In this document: positions 63,936-64,000 of the stretch, in pieces
How the letters are laid out: the number at the start of each line of letters is the position of its first letter
Numbering within the stretch: position 1 is the first letter of the stretch
The notes under the pieces: model-generated
What the model was told of the DNA's origin: nothing
The model's database searches: none
What the model saw: the letters and a program-made list of their open reading frames with translations, nothing else
Assembly: GCF_037042905.1 (NCBI RefSeq)
Contig: NC_087245.1
Location: 31,746,001-31,810,000 of the forward strand
Direction of reading: 5' to 3'
Source: Lytechinus pictus
Lineage: Eukaryota
Length of the DNA stretch: 64,000 nt
Translations under genes and position numbers: made by a program

Positions 63936-64000
63936 GAGAGCGGTGTCTGGATCCCGAGACAAACATGATGGCGCTGGTCAGGGTGAACCCGACGGCGGAG
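63936..64000 (+). CDS. ARHGAP18: RhoGAP probable last coding exon, truncated by the window: (G)ERCLDPETNMMALVRVNPTAE
   Basis: GERCLD...NP-x-AE is the ARHGAP18-family C-terminal signature; cag acceptor, phase 1. Confidence 0.95.

Overview
Eukaryotic, AT-rich genomic DNA. The repeat landscape suggests a marine invertebrate deuterostome such as a sea urchin (inference only). The whole window lies inside one + strand, intron-rich RhoGAP gene of the ARHGAP18/28/40 (Drosophila Conundrum) family. I reconstructed 14 GT-AG exons between 5989 and the window end that splice in consistent phase into 534 uninterrupted codons. They cover the pre-GAP region, the full RhoGAP domain (arginine finger EGVLRVPG) and most of the C-terminal ubiquitin-like region; the start and stop codons are outside the window. 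Introns are packed with short non-autonomous transposons (TA, TTAA, CWG/TAA, 4-bp, 8-bp and 9-bp target duplications), tRNA-derived SINEs, a decayed Tx1/L1-like LINE, an L2-like LINE 3' end and microsatellites. The most unusual items are a ~150-bp-unit tandem array built from a SINE body, which carries a 182-bp hairpin-bearing insertion, and a near-perfect 624-bp palindrome with a promoter-like centre and outward-facing splice donors. There are also candidate alternative first exons in the 20-kb intron. I found no prokaryotic-type system such as a CRISPR array or operon. Most ORFs in the supplied track are spurious.
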